From the NCBI GenBank assembly GCA_918797485.1, contig CAKKNE010000004.1, positions 2,170,001-2,234,000 of the forward strand: 64,000 nucleotides of DNA, in the 5' to 3' direction. Below the pieces are notes generated by a model that searched no databases, was not told the origin of the DNA, and saw nothing but the letters and a program-made list of their open reading frames with translations. This document shows positions 1 through 12,190 of this stretch, one piece after another; position 1 is the stretch's first letter; each line of letters begins with the position of its first letter. The DNA is from Pelagomonas calceolata (Eukaryota). Made by a program: the position numbers and the translations under genes.

Positions 1-493
1 TGTTGGCAAGCCTATTTAGGAGCCTCGTGTACGAGTACGTGCACTTTCTATTTCCTATCTTTGAGCACTTCTTTGAGCGTCTCGCTAGAACTTGTGCGGA
101 ACACCCGTCGACGTCGTCCTTTCGTGTGTCAGTAGTGGTATGAGAGTAGGATCAGTTTTTGAAAGTCTAGTTGGTTTAAACACTAGGATTAGCAAAATCC
201 AGCTCACGAGTACGTCTTTATAGAGAGCTCGGCGTGTGAATGCTTAAAAGCTGATTGCGGCAGCGCGCGAAGCTCCACAAAGCCTCGCGAGACCGCGGGA
301 CAGCAGAAATCCGTCTTGCGAACGGCGGGATAGCCATCTTCTGCAAAAAAGCAAAAAGCAGAAGACGGGAGTCTCGCAAACGAGGGTGATTCTCGTTGCT
401 CCGACACACGCGCATCCGACGTGGAAACCCCCAGCCACCTGCGCTACAGCATAAAACGCCCCCAAAATCGCCTGACGAGCCGCGACGCGCGCC

Positions 494-1237
494 ATGGACC
501 AGCCCGAGCCGAAGAAGCGCCGCCTCGAAGGCATGTCCGTCGAGGACCGTTTACGAAGGTCCCGCGAACGGAATCGCGAGCACGCGCGTCGGACCCGGCA
601 GCGCAAGAAGGCCCAGTTGCAAACCCTACAATCAAGAGTCGCGGAATTGCAGGAGGAGGGCCGGAGATTGGAGGAGGCCTTCAAGGACTGCTCCACGGCC
701 AATATATTGTTGGGACTGAACAACCCGGCCATGGCGCGCACGGTCTCCGATCTCTTCAAGAGCCGGGAGGACGCGTCGCTCCGCGAGGCCATGAGCGACA
801 ACGTGAGTGAAGGAGACCACGAGGGCTCGCCGCGCGTGCGGCCCGTGTCTCCATCAAGTTCGAAGTCGTCGTTGGATGACCCGGACCTAGAAAGGTCCGC
901 GTCCGCGCTCCAACAGATCGCGACGGACGACGAACCTGTAAATAAGCCGACGATCCACTGGAAGTCGGGCTACGCCCTCGACGCGCGCGGCGCGCGCAAG
1001 GACTTGAGCCCGGCGGAGCTCGACAAGATGCGCCGCGAGCGCAACCGCCTCCACGCGAAGATGACGCGCGACCGAAAAAAGGTATATATTGAGACGCTGA
1101 CGAGGGCCGTGACGGATCTCGAAGATGAAAATAGGGCCGTGCGGCGCGCGCTGGCGCTGCAGCTCGATGCGACCGTCGGCGAGCCGGGGCGCTACCTGTC
1201 GTACGTCGGGCTCGGCGACGAGACGGTGCCCTGCTGA
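494..1237 (+). CDS. bZIP transcription factor with two basic-leucine-zipper regions
   Basis: Two basic regions, RSRERNREHARRTRQRKK and RRERNRLHAKMTRDRKK, each followed by a heptad leucine zipper; 247 aa. Confidence 0.88.
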   Translation: MDQPEPKKRRLEGMSVEDRLRRSRERNREHARRTRQRKKAQLQTLQSRVAELQEEGRRLEEAFKDCSTANILLGLNNPAMARTVSDLFKSREDASLREAMSDNVSEGDHEGSPRVRPVSPSSSKSSLDDPDLERSASALQQIATDDEPVNKPTIHWKSGYALDARGARKDLSPAELDKMRRERNRLHAKMTRDRKKVYIETLTRAVTDLEDENRAVRRALALQLDATVGEPGRYLSYVGLGDETVPC

Positions 1238-1768
1238 ACATTCCTGAACACATTCCTGTGCGTCTGCATTCCTATGCGTAAGATGGCACACTCTGGTTCG
1301 TCGCGGCGGCGGCGTGGGGGGTGCTGTCGTTGCGGCGCTAGGACTAGTGGGCGACGGCGTCGGCGCGGGCCGTCGGCTCGTGGGACGCGCTGGCGGAACG
1401 AGCGTTGTTGTGGTTGCCTCTGCGCCTAAGGGGTATTCAACTATAAAAGTTTACGACTCGGACGGCGTTTCGCGGGCGTGGAGCGCGGCTCGCGCTTTTC
1501 GCAGGGATCACATAGGAAGGTAGTATACCTTTACCTAGGTACATACGATACGGTACGAGCCCGGCGCCGCGCAGCTTAAGAGCACGTAATTGCTACGCTG
1601 CTCTGCAGCGCGCGTCTTTCTCGGCTTCGTACGATCAGTTCGCCACTGCCCGCACGCGCAGTTTCAAACGCGCGCGCCAACAAAGCACAGGGAGCCCGGT
1701 CAGACCGCCTGACCCAGAGAGCTCCATTTGCCAAACCGCTGCGCGCACGCAAGAGCACTGCACTACAG

Positions 1769-4354
1769 ATGGACGCCGCCACCCTCACAAAAATACGAGG
1801 CGGCATGGCCGGCCTCGCGCCGCCACAAGCGAGACAAAAAGTAGGCAACCGCGAGTGCGCGTACTCCTTCGACTCGCCCTACGCCGAGGGCGGGCTGTTC
1901 GTCAACCTCAAGACCTTCGCCGGATGTGGCAGTGACTTCGTGAAACAGGACGCGGCGCGATCGTCCACAACTTTGTACGCGCACCACCGCTGGACCAAAA
2001 TGCCGAAAGAGGACGTCGAGATGAGTGAACCGACGACTTTGGGTGTGGGCGTCCAGGGCGGTTTTGAATCTGAGGACGCTAGATATGATATTGTCAAGGT
2101 GCGGTCATTGGCTGTGGTTGCTGATGATGTAATATTGATACAACTCCCTTGTTCTGACATACCGGAGTATGTTACCATGCTCGTAGACGCCTGCTTGGAC
2201 CACGAGTCCGGCAGCGCAGAATCCGATCGAGCCTGGGCTCTTGTAGAAGATGAAGCGAAACCGTCAAAATACGCTGATACATTAATACAACTGAAACCGG
2301 AGGAAGGCGGTAGATCTGAACCGTTAAATCCCGACCCGGCGTCGTGGCGGTGCGAGTTGGATGGGTCGTCCGAGAACCTCTGGTTGAATCTCAGTACAGG
2401 CTACGTGGGGGGCGGCCGCGACCAGAGCGCGTGGGGCGGGCCGAAGGGCTCGAACGGTGCCCTGAGGCACTTTGAAAGTACGGGCAAGAAGTACCCGCTC
2501 GTTGTGAAGTTGGGCACGATCTCTGCCGCGGGCGCGGAGCTGTATTCGTATGCCCCGGATGAAGACGGCCCCGTCCTCGATCCCAAGCTCGCCGACCACC
2601 TGCGCTTCTGGGGCATCAATATTATGTCGTCCGAGAAGACCGAAAAGACGACGGCTGAACTAGAAGTCGACGCCAATCAAAAGTTCGAGTGGTCGGCGAT
2701 CGCAGAAGCTGGTTCACAGTTAACACCTCTGTCGGGCGTGGGGCTGACGGGTCTGGTCAACCTCGGTAATTCATGCTACATGAACTCTGTTTTACACTTA
2801 TTAGCGTCGGTGCCGGAGATCGGTCGGAGGTACCACGGTCTTGTCGATGACACTGACCAACTCGGACCCGCGGCGCTGTCGCTCGTTAACGTAGCAGACC
2901 CGTCATCCGATCACTTGGCCCAGACGGCGCGATTCATCTCCGCATTGCGCTCAAAGCGCTACGCCAAACCAGCAGAAAGTTTAATCGATCCTGCCTTAGC
3001 CATCGCCGAAAGGCCGACTCTCTCGAGTGATGTGGCCACAAAAGCTGCCGCCGCGACGGTGGCACCTAGAGGCTTCCGGGCCTTGTTCGGCAAGGGCCAC
3101 GTCGAGTTTAGTACGCCGCGACAGCAGGATGCCGCCGAGTACTTAATTTACGTCCTCGACACTTTATCGAAGGCCGAGGCGCCGGCGCTCGCTTCTGACG
3201 GGCGATTAACGCAAGCGGCGGAGCAGGCGAACAACGAACCAGGTCCAAAGCCCGTGGAATACGGCCCCTACGACGTCCTCTCTTCTCAACCTACACAGCA
3301 ATTGTTTGCGTTCAAGGTCGAGGAGAAGACGACGTGTCTACAATCTCAAAAAGTGCGGTACAAGGCCCAGACCGAGTTTACTTTAGCGTTAGAAGTGCCT
3401 GAGAGCATAGTACCTCGACCCACGGTAGAACAAGAGGCGAAAAAACCGAAGCTCGAGGACGTCGCAAAGCCGCGCTGTCCTCTAGATGCTTGTTTGTCCC
3501 ACTGGGCCGCGACCGAATCCGTCGTAGATTATACCTCTCCAGCAACCGGTCTCAGGGGCGAGGCGTCGCGTCATACGCGGCTGCAGACCTGTCCAAGGTA
3601 TTTACTAGTGAAGATCAACCGGTACTACGCTACGGCCGACTGGACTGAAAAGAAACTGGATGTGCTCGTCGAGGTGCCCGAGAAATTAGATCTGTCTCAA
3701 TTACGAGCTCCATCTACGAGACCCGCGGGCGAGGAGGAGCTGCCAGATGACGCCGCACCTCCCAAAGAGAAGTTCGTGCCCGACCCTGGGATATTGGCAC
3801 AGTTACTGTCCATGGGCTTCGATGAGAACGGCTGCAAGCGCGCGTGCAAAGCGACGAATAACGCCGGGCCGGAGGCGGCGTCCGAGTGGGTCTTTAGTCA
3901 CATGGACGACGCGGACTTTTCCGCGCCCTTCGTTGATGACGATGCGCCCTCAGAGAAAAAGGTGGACGAGGCGGCCGTCAACGAGCTCGTGATGTTCGGC
4001 TTCACGCCGCGCGAGGCCGAGGCGGCGCTCGTGGCGTGTAGTGGGAACAAGGAGCACGCCGCGAACTGGTTATTCGAGCAGGGGGAAAACCGGGACCAGG
4101 CCGTCGCCGACGTGCTGGACGGGCCCTCCGCTGCAGCGGCGCCGGCGGCTCCCTCAGACTTCGACGACGGCCCGCCTCATTATGAGCTGAAGGGCCTCGT
4201 GTCGCACATCGGCTCGAACACGGGCTGCGGCCACTACGTCGCGCACATCCGGGAGAAAGATGGAAGGTGGGTCATCTTCGACGATGAAAAAGTCGCCCAT
4301 TCCAAGAGCCCTCCGGTCCAGCTGGCGTATCTCTACCTGTACGCGCGGAAGTAG
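1769..4354 (+). CDS. Ubiquitin carboxyl-terminal hydrolase, USP5/USP13/UBP14 type
   Basis: ZnF-UBP-like N-terminus, Cys box GLVNLGNSCYMNS, QQDAAEY, two UBA domains (LLSMGF, LVMFGF), His box GHYVAH..WVIFDD; ends TAG TAG. Confidence 0.95.
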   Translation: MDAATLTKIRGGMAGLAPPQARQKVGNRECAYSFDSPYAEGGLFVNLKTFAGCGSDFVKQDAARSSTTLYAHHRWTKMPKEDVEMSEPTTLGVGVQGGFESEDARYDIVKVRSLAVVADDVILIQLPCSDIPEYVTMLVDACLDHESGSAESDRAWALVEDEAKPSKYADTLIQLKPEEGGRSEPLNPDPASWRCELDGSSENLWLNLSTGYVGGGRDQSAWGGPKGSNGALRHFESTGKKYPLVVKLGTISAAGAELYSYAPDEDGPVLDPKLADHLRFWGINIMSSEKTEKTTAELEVDANQKFEWSAIAEAGSQLTPLSGVGLTGLVNLGNSCYMNSVLHLLASVPEIGRRYHGLVDDTDQLGPAALSLVNVADPSSDHLAQTARFISALRSKRYAKPAESLIDPALAIAERPTLSSDVATKAAAATVAPRGFRALFGKGHVEFSTPRQQDAAEYLIYVLDTLSKAEAPALASDGRLTQAAEQANNEPGPKPVEYGPYDVLSSQPTQQLFAFKVEEKTTCLQSQKVRYKAQTEFTLALEVPESIVPRPTVEQEAKKPKLEDVAKPRCPLDACLSHWAATESVVDYTSPATGLRGEASRHTRLQTCPRYLLVKINRYYATADWTEKKLDVLVEVPEKLDLSQLRAPSTRPAGEEELPDDAAPPKEKFVPDPGILAQLLSMGFDENGCKRACKATNNAGPEAASEWVFSHMDDADFSAPFVDDDAPSEKKVDEAAVNELVMFGFTPREAEAALVACSGNKEHAANWLFEQGENRDQAVADVLDGPSAAAAPAAPSDFDDGPPHYELKGLVSHIGSNTGCGHYVAHIREKDGRWVIFDDEKVAHSKSPPVQLAYLYLYARK

Positions 4355-4499
4355 TAGTGGGTTGCCTCGGCGGCGGCGTAAACTAGGCTGTTTCTTATTT
4401 GAGGGCTCGGGCTGGGTGTGAGGGAGGTCACCTTTTTTGTTACGGTGCTAGGACTAGTTGGCGGAGCTCCTGGGAGGGAGACACCGATTCATCGCGCGG

Positions 4500-4523
4500 G
4501 CTAGTGTCTTACAGGACGCTAGC
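4500..4523 (+). promoter_or_regulatory. Representative copy of recurrent upstream motif GCTAGTGTCTTAC-N3-5-CGCTAGC
   Basis: Close copies at 12254, 17273, 20641, 27651, 58682 (+) and 25725, 31324, 59465 (-); degenerate copies at 15845, 22568, 23192, 24671, 38343. All are intergenic. Confidence 0.7.
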
Positions 4524-4694
4524 TGGCGCGCCTCGAAATCAAAAAAGCAGTGCTAAATCTCGAGCACCGGACCACCTGAGCGGGCTTTCTGCTGTGCAGG
4601 AGCTCCGTTCACACAATTGACAGCGCTGCGCAAGACGCCGCCGCCGCGCGTCGCGTAACCGCGTAGCATTTTAAAAGCGCTCTCAGACGCAGCC

Positions 4695-6911
4695 ATGGCC
4701 AAGGACGAGCCCCAGAAGAAGTCCGCCACGCTCCAGGCCTTCTTCAAACCCAAACCCACCCAGAAGAAGAAGGCCGAGACGCCCGCGGTCAAGCGCCCGA
4801 GCGAAGACACGAGTGACGCGACGGCCGCGAAGAAGCCCAAGCCCGCGCCCGTGGCCCAAAAAGCCGAACCGGCGACCAATGCGGACGGCCAGTGGACCGG
4901 CCAGGTCCCCTACGCCGCCGTGGCGGCTACCTTTTCAAGGATCGAGGCCACTACCAAGAGATTGGAGATCCAAGCCATCGTGTGCGAGTTACTGGAACAG
5001 ACGATCGCGCGAGCCCCGAACGACCTCGAGGCCATTTTGTTCCTGCTGTGCAACAAGGTGGCGCCCGCGTTCGACAACCTCGAGATGGGCATCGGGGATT
5101 CTCTGTTACAAAAGGCCATCGCGCGGGCGTTCGGGAAGGAGGTGAAGAACGTGAAGAGCGCCTACGAGCGGGAGGGTGATTTAGGATTGGTTGCCGAGGA
5201 CGCGCGACGGAAGCAGAAGTTCCTCGGCTTCGGGAGCAAGCCGAAGCCCCTCCAAGCATCACAAGTCCTCGAGGCCTACCGCGCCATCTGCTCCATATCC
5301 GGAAGTAAGTCGCAGGACCAGAAGGTGGGCAAGATGCAGAAGCTCATGATTAGTGCTACTCCCTGCGAGGCGAAATACGTGACGCGGGGCCTGCAAGGCA
5401 AATTGAGAATTGGCCTAGCTGAAACATCAGTATTGATAGCCTTCGCCCACGCCTTAGTGCGATCGCCTCCCGTTTCATCAGATCTGATGGAGACGGACGA
5501 GAAGTTACCATCTGTTACTCGCGAGATCACGGGAGCGCAGGCTTCTCACGCGCTGAAGATCGATGCGTCTCGAGGTTCTACGTTAGGAAAGAAGCGTTTG
5601 ACGAAAGATGAACGGTTGATTGCTGCGGAAGCTGTGGTGAAGCAGTGCTACGCGGAGGCGCCCTCGTATTCGACATTGTGCCAAGGCGCCCTGACGACAC
5701 CTTTGTGGAATTTACACACGAAGTGCGCGTTGGGTGTTGGTGTCCCCGTCTTCCCCATGCTTGCCAAGCCCACGAAGTCGGTTGATGAAGTACTTAAGCG
5801 ATTATCAGGCAAGGCCTTCACCTGCGAACACAAGTACGACGGGGAGCGGTTCCAAGCACACCTCGCGAGTGACGGGTCCGTCCGCGTCTTCTCGCGGAAC
5901 TTGCAGGACACGACGAAGAAGTGGCCGGAGGTCGCGTCGGTGCTGCGGGAGGCTTGCGTCGATACGACTACCTCATTTGTATTGGATGCGGAGGTTGTCG
6001 CCGTGGACACGTCGACGGGCGCCTTATTGCCCTTCCAACGTTTGAGTACGAGGAAGAAGGAAGTCACGGAAGGAGAATCGGGCGGGCCTGCCGTGATTGT
6101 CTTAGCGTTCGACTTGCTACTCTTGAATGGCGAATCTTTGCTCAGAAACACTCTTAGGGAACGTAGAACGCGTTTACATGCCTCATTCAAAGCCGTGAAG
6201 AATGGCTTCGCCTTCGCCGATTCGGTAGACGTCGACGGCGACGGCGACGATGTGGTAGCAGCGGAAAAGATCCAGCAAGCGCTGGAGGAGGCGATTACCG
6301 CGAAGTCCGAAGGGTTAATGGTCAAGACCTTGGACGACAACGCTACGTATGAACCTTCGAAAAGAAGCTTGAACTGGCTCAAGCTGAAAAAGGACTACCT
6401 CGACGGCGTCGGTGACAGTCTAGATTTAGTGGTCGTGGGCGCCTACACGGGCCGGGGCAAGCGTACGGGCGTCTTCGGCGCCTACCTCTGTGCCTGCCTC
6501 GACGCGGAGTCGGGGGACCTCCAAAGCGTCTGCAAGATCGGGACCGGTTTTAGTGATGAAGACCTCAAGAAGTTCCACAACGAGTCGCAACCTCTCATCA
6601 TCCCGAAGAAAGCTGCCAATGTGGTCTGCGGGGATGCGTTGGAGCAGGACATCGTCTGGCTCGAGCCGAAGATGGTCTGGGAAGTGCAGGTTGCTGATTT
6701 GAGTCTGTCGGATACGCATAAAGGCGCTTTAGGGAGGGTGAATGCGGGACGAGGTATCGGGTTGCGGTTCCCTCGCTTGTTACGTGCTAGGGACGACAAG
6801 GCCGCGGACCAGGCGACGACGTCCGACCAAGTGCTTGAATTATACTTGAACCAGGACTCGGTCAAAGGGACTGCTCAAGTTGACGACGACGACGACGACG
6901 GCTACCTCTAG
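4695..6911 (+). CDS. LIG1: DNA ligase I (ATP-dependent)
   Basis: PIP-like TLQAFF, DNA-binding domain (LRIGLAE), active site EHKYDGER, EGLMVK, WLKLKKDY, LRFPR; ends TAG. Confidence 0.96.
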   Translation: MAKDEPQKKSATLQAFFKPKPTQKKKAETPAVKRPSEDTSDATAAKKPKPAPVAQKAEPATNADGQWTGQVPYAAVAATFSRIEATTKRLEIQAIVCELLEQTIARAPNDLEAILFLLCNKVAPAFDNLEMGIGDSLLQKAIARAFGKEVKNVKSAYEREGDLGLVAEDARRKQKFLGFGSKPKPLQASQVLEAYRAICSISGSKSQDQKVGKMQKLMISATPCEAKYVTRGLQGKLRIGLAETSVLIAFAHALVRSPPVSSDLMETDEKLPSVTREITGAQASHALKIDASRGSTLGKKRLTKDERLIAAEAVVKQCYAEAPSYSTLCQGALTTPLWNLHTKCALGVGVPVFPMLAKPTKSVDEVLKRLSGKAFTCEHKYDGERFQAHLASDGSVRVFSRNLQDTTKKWPEVASVLREACVDTTTSFVLDAEVVAVDTSTGALLPFQRLSTRKKEVTEGESGGPAVIVLAFDLLLLNGESLLRNTLRERRTRLHASFKAVKNGFAFADSVDVDGDGDDVVAAEKIQQALEEAITAKSEGLMVKTLDDNATYEPSKRSLNWLKLKKDYLDGVGDSLDLVVVGAYTGRGKRTGVFGAYLCACLDAESGDLQSVCKIGTGFSDEDLKKFHNESQPLIIPKKAANVVCGDALEQDIVWLEPKMVWEVQVADLSLSDTHKGALGRVNAGRGIGLRFPRLLRARDDKAADQATTSDQVLELYLNQDSVKGTAQVDDDDDDGYL

Positions 6912-6927
6912 TCTTAGTAACAACTTA

Positions 6928-9900
6928 TCACATCCCCTTCATCATGTCCTCTTTCCTCTTCTCCTCGGCCGCATTAGCTCTGCGCTCGATCGCCGCCGGG
7001 TCGTTCTCCTCTTCCATATTCCACCTCCTAAACTTCTCCTCGTATCTCTCGAACATCTCGTTTGCGTCCGCATGCGGGTTCTCCTCCCGCCACTTCCGCT
7101 CCCTTTGCCCCGCCTCGATCCTCTCCCACGCCCGTCGCTCGTCCCCGAAGCCCGACACCCAGCCCCCTTTCACGACCATGGGTACGTCTTCGTCCGGCGG
7201 GTTCTCGTTGGGATCGTACTTCACGCCGTCGATCTCGAAGGGCTCCTCGTAGGTCTTGGTGTAGACGTCAAACACATCATCGGCCCACTCGTCAAAAAAC
7301 TCTCTAGATGCATCTAAGTACAGCGCGAAGTCCCTCCCCATGTCGATGGCCGCCTCGAGGTGCGCCTCGTCGGCCTCCACCATGCTCGACCCCTCGACCC
7401 TATAGCCTGAGTTAAAGCACTTGCGCGCGAAGCTCATCATGTTCTCTTTGAGGTTACGTTCCATATGATGGGCGTGGAACTTTCGTGCTAATTCTACGTG
7501 AGAAGGTACCTCATACACGTACCACTCACTATCCGGTTTAGTAAGGATGACCGCGGGGTCTTGTTTCTTGATTGACGGGTCGTAGTGGTTCAGAGGTTGG
7601 TTAAATACTGATTTGTCCTTGAGCAAGCATCTAGAGCATAACGGCGCGTAGGAGTCGAACTCGCCCCTAATCCTATTCCCTTCCTGGAACTTGAAGCGCA
7701 AATAAAACCGATCCTCATGCTGCGTCTGGTCTGCAACCGTATAGCCCCGTTCCTCGTCCTCTTGCGCTCTTAGTTTTTGCACATGTTTCCTAAAATCAGA
7801 TTCGTACTCGACGCGCGAATCGTGGACCAATAGACAAGCGATTTCAAGCTCTTGTTTTGCAAGCAGGTCTTTGCTGAAAACTTTATATTCCTCCACAGAC
7901 ATTGACGCCTTGGCTTCCTTCAGCGCTTTGATCTTCGCGTCGTCATCATTACTGGAGAGGGGGTACCAGTCCCGTACGATACATCGTTTCAGATTTTCAT
8001 AAGGGATCTGTAGCTGCCCGACGCTCTCGCCCACATCTTCCTCCTCCTCAACGCTCTGTAAATCTTCATACTCGTCCTCCTCCGAGGACTCGTAGACCTT
8101 TGGTTGGGCCCCGCGCACATGAAAGACGATTGCGGAAGGGTCGGACTCGTCGAGCGGTAACAAAAAGTCGTCGCCCCAGGTCGTGAAGCGCGTGCCTTGG
8201 ACACGTGTTGATGATTTCGTGGCATGCTTGTGCGCCACTTCACCATACCGATCCAGCCAGACGTCGCAGCGTAGTGTAGCAGGTGCTTTCACGGCCGAGC
8301 GACACTTGAAGATACGTACTCGTATAGCATTGACCGGCTTATCTATATCCTTAGGGTGGAGGAACGTGTAGGGCAAAGGTTCCACCTGCAACGGGTCGTG
8401 GACCCATCGTAAAGCCACTTCAACCTTCCCCAGATAATCTTGTGGCGTCAAGTAATGTCTAGGTACATATCCCGCATCATTATCACGCAGAGCGAAGATC
8501 CAGCCCTCGCCGACAAGTTCATCCTTCAGAACGACGACAGTTGCATGCTCCTCCATGCCCATCTCTTTCAGAAAAGACGCATCATCTTCTTTACCTTCAG
8601 GTATGAAGGCTTGAATAGCCCTTGCTAAGCATAATTCTCCAGCTCTAGGTGATTGATCTTCCCGCTCCGCCTGCCACCGTCGCTGCCAGTACTCATCGGC
8701 ATCGATATGTGGAAGTAGGGGGTACCAGCCCCGGACCGTCTTCCTGTCAGCTAACCGTTCCAGGTCAAACGAAACCTCCCCCAATACATCGTCGTCGTCG
8801 TCCACGCCCTCGTCCTTGTCCACGACCGTTAAAGTCAGCGGAAAGCCCAGGTCGTCCAACTGCTCGAATTCGAACAGTTCGCACCACGTCGGGACCAGCG
8901 TCGTCCACCGCGCCGCACTCTCCCAGTTCGTTTGGGGGTGGTACGGTATGGTGAGGATAGCGGCGGGGTCCGACGACGGTCTTTGCGTATCACTGCCAAG
9001 ATCGGCCGCCATCAGCCCTCGCGCTCGTATCAAATAAAATAGCAGCTTGTTCGGCCTCAACTTATATCTAGGTTTGTCCTCGCCCAACTCTCCCGGTAAG
9101 TCACAAGCTCGTTCCGGGTCGTGGGACCACCTCCCCGCCACTTCGATCCAGCCCCTTGTGGGTTGGCCCTCGGATAGAGGTCCATCATGTTGTATCGCGT
9201 ACCACCTCCTCTCACTCTTGCGCGACGCCAAGGACGCTATAGGTATCAGAACATCACCGATCCGATCCAAACTCCCGTCCTCGTCCCAGTCGTCCAACTG
9301 TATTTTCAGTACTTCACCAGCAAAGGCATCAAACTCAAACGCTTCGGCCCACGTCGGATTCAAAGTAGTGAGTTTCACAGACGTATTTCTCTGGTCGCCT
9401 TCTATCGTCAACGTGCAGACCGCATCCGACGAACCGCCCGATGGACTATTCCGGTCCCAGTCCATGATTGGGAGGTGTTTCCCTCGACTGACAAATATAT
9501 CCAGTCTATTCGGTAGTAAGTCAGGAAATTTCTCGGGTAGCAACATGGACTCGGGCTCCTCCCAGTAGAAGTTCTTGTCGTAGCGCCATCTGAGTGCGAG
9601 TTCCAATCTCCCTCGTTTTATTTCAGGGTACTCTATGACTCTTGCCAGCGCTTCCTGCTCCTTGGTGCTAAATGCGACGAGATGCACTCTTTGTAATCCA
9701 GGATAAGTCGCATCACCGATGGCCTCCACGGCGCATCTAAGGACGTTATCCAGCGACTGCCTCCCCCGAAAGATTCCCGCGGACAATAGCGAAAAGGCCA
9801 CAGTCTTGCACTTCTGCTCCTTGGCGCGCTTCATGGCCGCGGTGTAGGCATTTTTTAGTATTTGATCGCCTCGAGCGAGGTCGTCGTCCTCATCATCTTT

Positions 9901-12190
9901 AGCAGGAGGTAGTCGGCGGTAATCCGGCCCTACGGCATGAATCACGCACTCGCATTTCAACTGATCGAAGGGTCCACCGGTAGTAACGACGGCGTCGCCC
10001 GTCTTGCATCGCTTATTGTGATGGACCGGTAGCGCGAGTCGTTTCTCCGCCAGCAACTCCCCGCCGGCCTTTGTTATCGCGCCGTCGACCCCGCCACCAC
10101 CCAAGCATCCCTCATTGGCCGCGTTCACGATGGCGGACACATGCGCGTCCACTACACTTCTAGAAGATACGACTAGCTCGCCGCATTTCAAAGCATGTCT
10201 TGATAAGGGTTCGAGGTTGTCGACCAACCCATCTTCCGACGCTACAGGACCGATGGGGTACCATGCCCGATGCAATTGCCGGTCTTGTAACGAACCCACA
10301 GGAACATAAACGGCCCCGATCTCGTCATTGGCCGACGTCACGTCGAAGTCCCACAGCGTGAGCTCCAAGACCTCTGAAGGGAAGTCGCATTTGAGGGAGA
10401 AGGTCTCCTCCCAGACCGGGGCCAGCGTTTTTCTCTTGATGAGCGTCTTTTCCCGCTCTCCCGACAAATGCAGGCGTATCATGGGGTCCGCGGAGCCACC
10501 CGCGCCCAGGATCGAGGGGTCCATGACGGGCAGACCCCTCGCGCGAATCACATGAACTAACAAACAATTGGCATCTCTATCCGCTCGGTTCGTCGTATCC
10601 AGTAAAATCTCGGGCGTCGCGAAGACGTACTCGGGGTTGTGGTACAATCTCAGGGCGATATCGAGCTTGCCCCGACTCCGGTCGTCTTCGTTATCCTCGC
10701 CCATGAGCCAGAACCAGTCCCGATGTAATTGGCGATCGAGCAGTTTTGTGAGAGGAACGGCGCACTGGCCCATGAAGTCGTTGCCGCCGACCTGCGTTGT
10801 TTATCGTGAGTCTCGTGAACCGCCATTCTCGACGCTGAACAATCACCAGGTCCCAATCATCACAAACAATTCTCAAAACCTGCGGCTCGAGGTCGCCCTC
10901 GACGCTCACGTCAAAATACTCCTTCCAGAAGGGTTCCAAAGTCCGTTTCTTCACCTTGCTATTTTTACGTTCCTCCTCTAGCACAAAAGTCACCAGAGGG
11001 TCCGACGTTCTGTTACCAGTAATATCCGTATCCACGGCCGGGAGGTGCGTGCCTCGCACCAGATATATATGTAACGCGTTGATCTTATCATGCGGATACG
11101 TATCTCGCAGCATCTGGTCGGGGACCGGGAGGTCGAAGTCCGGTAGGTATAACCACCTACAAGCCAGCTCCAACTTTCCTAACGGTGCTTTATTAGCGTG
11201 ATCCATGAACTCGGCCCCATATTCACCCTCCGAGGAGTACTCACTGACATCTGATTCATCGGCCTGGTCCGGCTTTTTGGAGTTAGGTGGCAGTAGTGCG
11301 TACCACCTCCGATGTAGCTTCCTATTTTTAAGCTCTTTCACATCAATATAACATTTCCCCATGCAGTCGTTCCCTGAGAGTTGATCCCAGTCGTCTACAA
11401 TTACTTCTACGATCGAGTCGTCGGGGTCGTCGGCTCTCAGCTCAAAGGATTCCAGCCACTCCGGCGAGAGTTGTTTGTTTTTTACGGTACTTTCCAACTG
11501 CTTATCTTTGAGTCTGAAGGTGACCATCGGATCCGAGGTACCTTCCTTCCCGAACAATCTCCGGTCCATCGCCGGGAGCTTGCGACCTCTTATGAGTAAT
11601 ATACGAACAGCATTGGCCTCTCGACCCGGAAAGGCCTCCTTCTCGTCGTACTTGTGATCGATGACGACAGCATGCTCGGGGGAATGGACCCATCTCAGCT
11701 GTAGATCAATAGTACCCCTATTCTTCTTCGTTCTACCTTTAGTATCAGTTAAACGATAGGTGTTCACCACCAGCTGGCGGTGCTTCAGCGCCGACAGAGG
11801 TATGCGCACACAACCCATAAAATCATTACCTGAAAACCGGTCATAGTCCTCCACCGTCACTCGTAGCGTCTCCTCGGGATCATCGCAAGGCAGCAGGAAG
11901 TCCTCGTCCCACTCCGGCGTGAGCGTCTTGTACTGGGTCGAGGTCTGTTCGACCTCGTCCCTACCTTCTACCTGTAATTTTACGGTCGGGTCGCTACTAC
12001 CCGTACGTGTCAACCAGTTGTAGTCGCACATGATCAAGTCGCGCGCGCGACAGACCATGACTAATAAAGCGGACGGCGGCCGGTGCGCGTAGAGCTTGTG
12101 CTCCGGTTGCGTGAACTGGGCCGGGGGTTCTCGTCGTGCCATGCGCTCGACCTCGCTCATCGGAGGGAGTTCCTCCTCGGGGACGATCAT
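6928..12190 (-). CDS. Large multi-C2-domain protein (about 1735 aa; 7 C2 domains) with inserted macrodomain and SH3-like domain; exons 12190-10847 and 10791-6928
   Basis: Repeated C2 motifs (SDP.V, P.W.E.F, D.D...D..G). ORFs 10691..12190 and 6928..10773 join through a 55-nt GT..AG intron that restores DDWDL|VGGNDFMG. Macro motif IVNAAN..GGGGVDGAI..IHAVGP..SAGIF. Confidence 0.88.
10792..10846 (-). other. Spliceosomal intron (55 nt, GT-AG)
   Basis: Minus strand gtgattgttc...aaacaacgcag; removal restores the conserved C2 motif and the reading frame. Confidence 0.88.

Noticed and set aside
1..200. TGTTG start resembling an LTR end
   Set aside because: Coincides with the arbitrary window edge; no second LTR, primer-binding site or retroelement ORF.
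1240..1560. Pro/Thr-rich minus-strand stretch downstream of the bZIP gene
   Set aside because: No start, no recognisable motif; cannot be supported as a gene.
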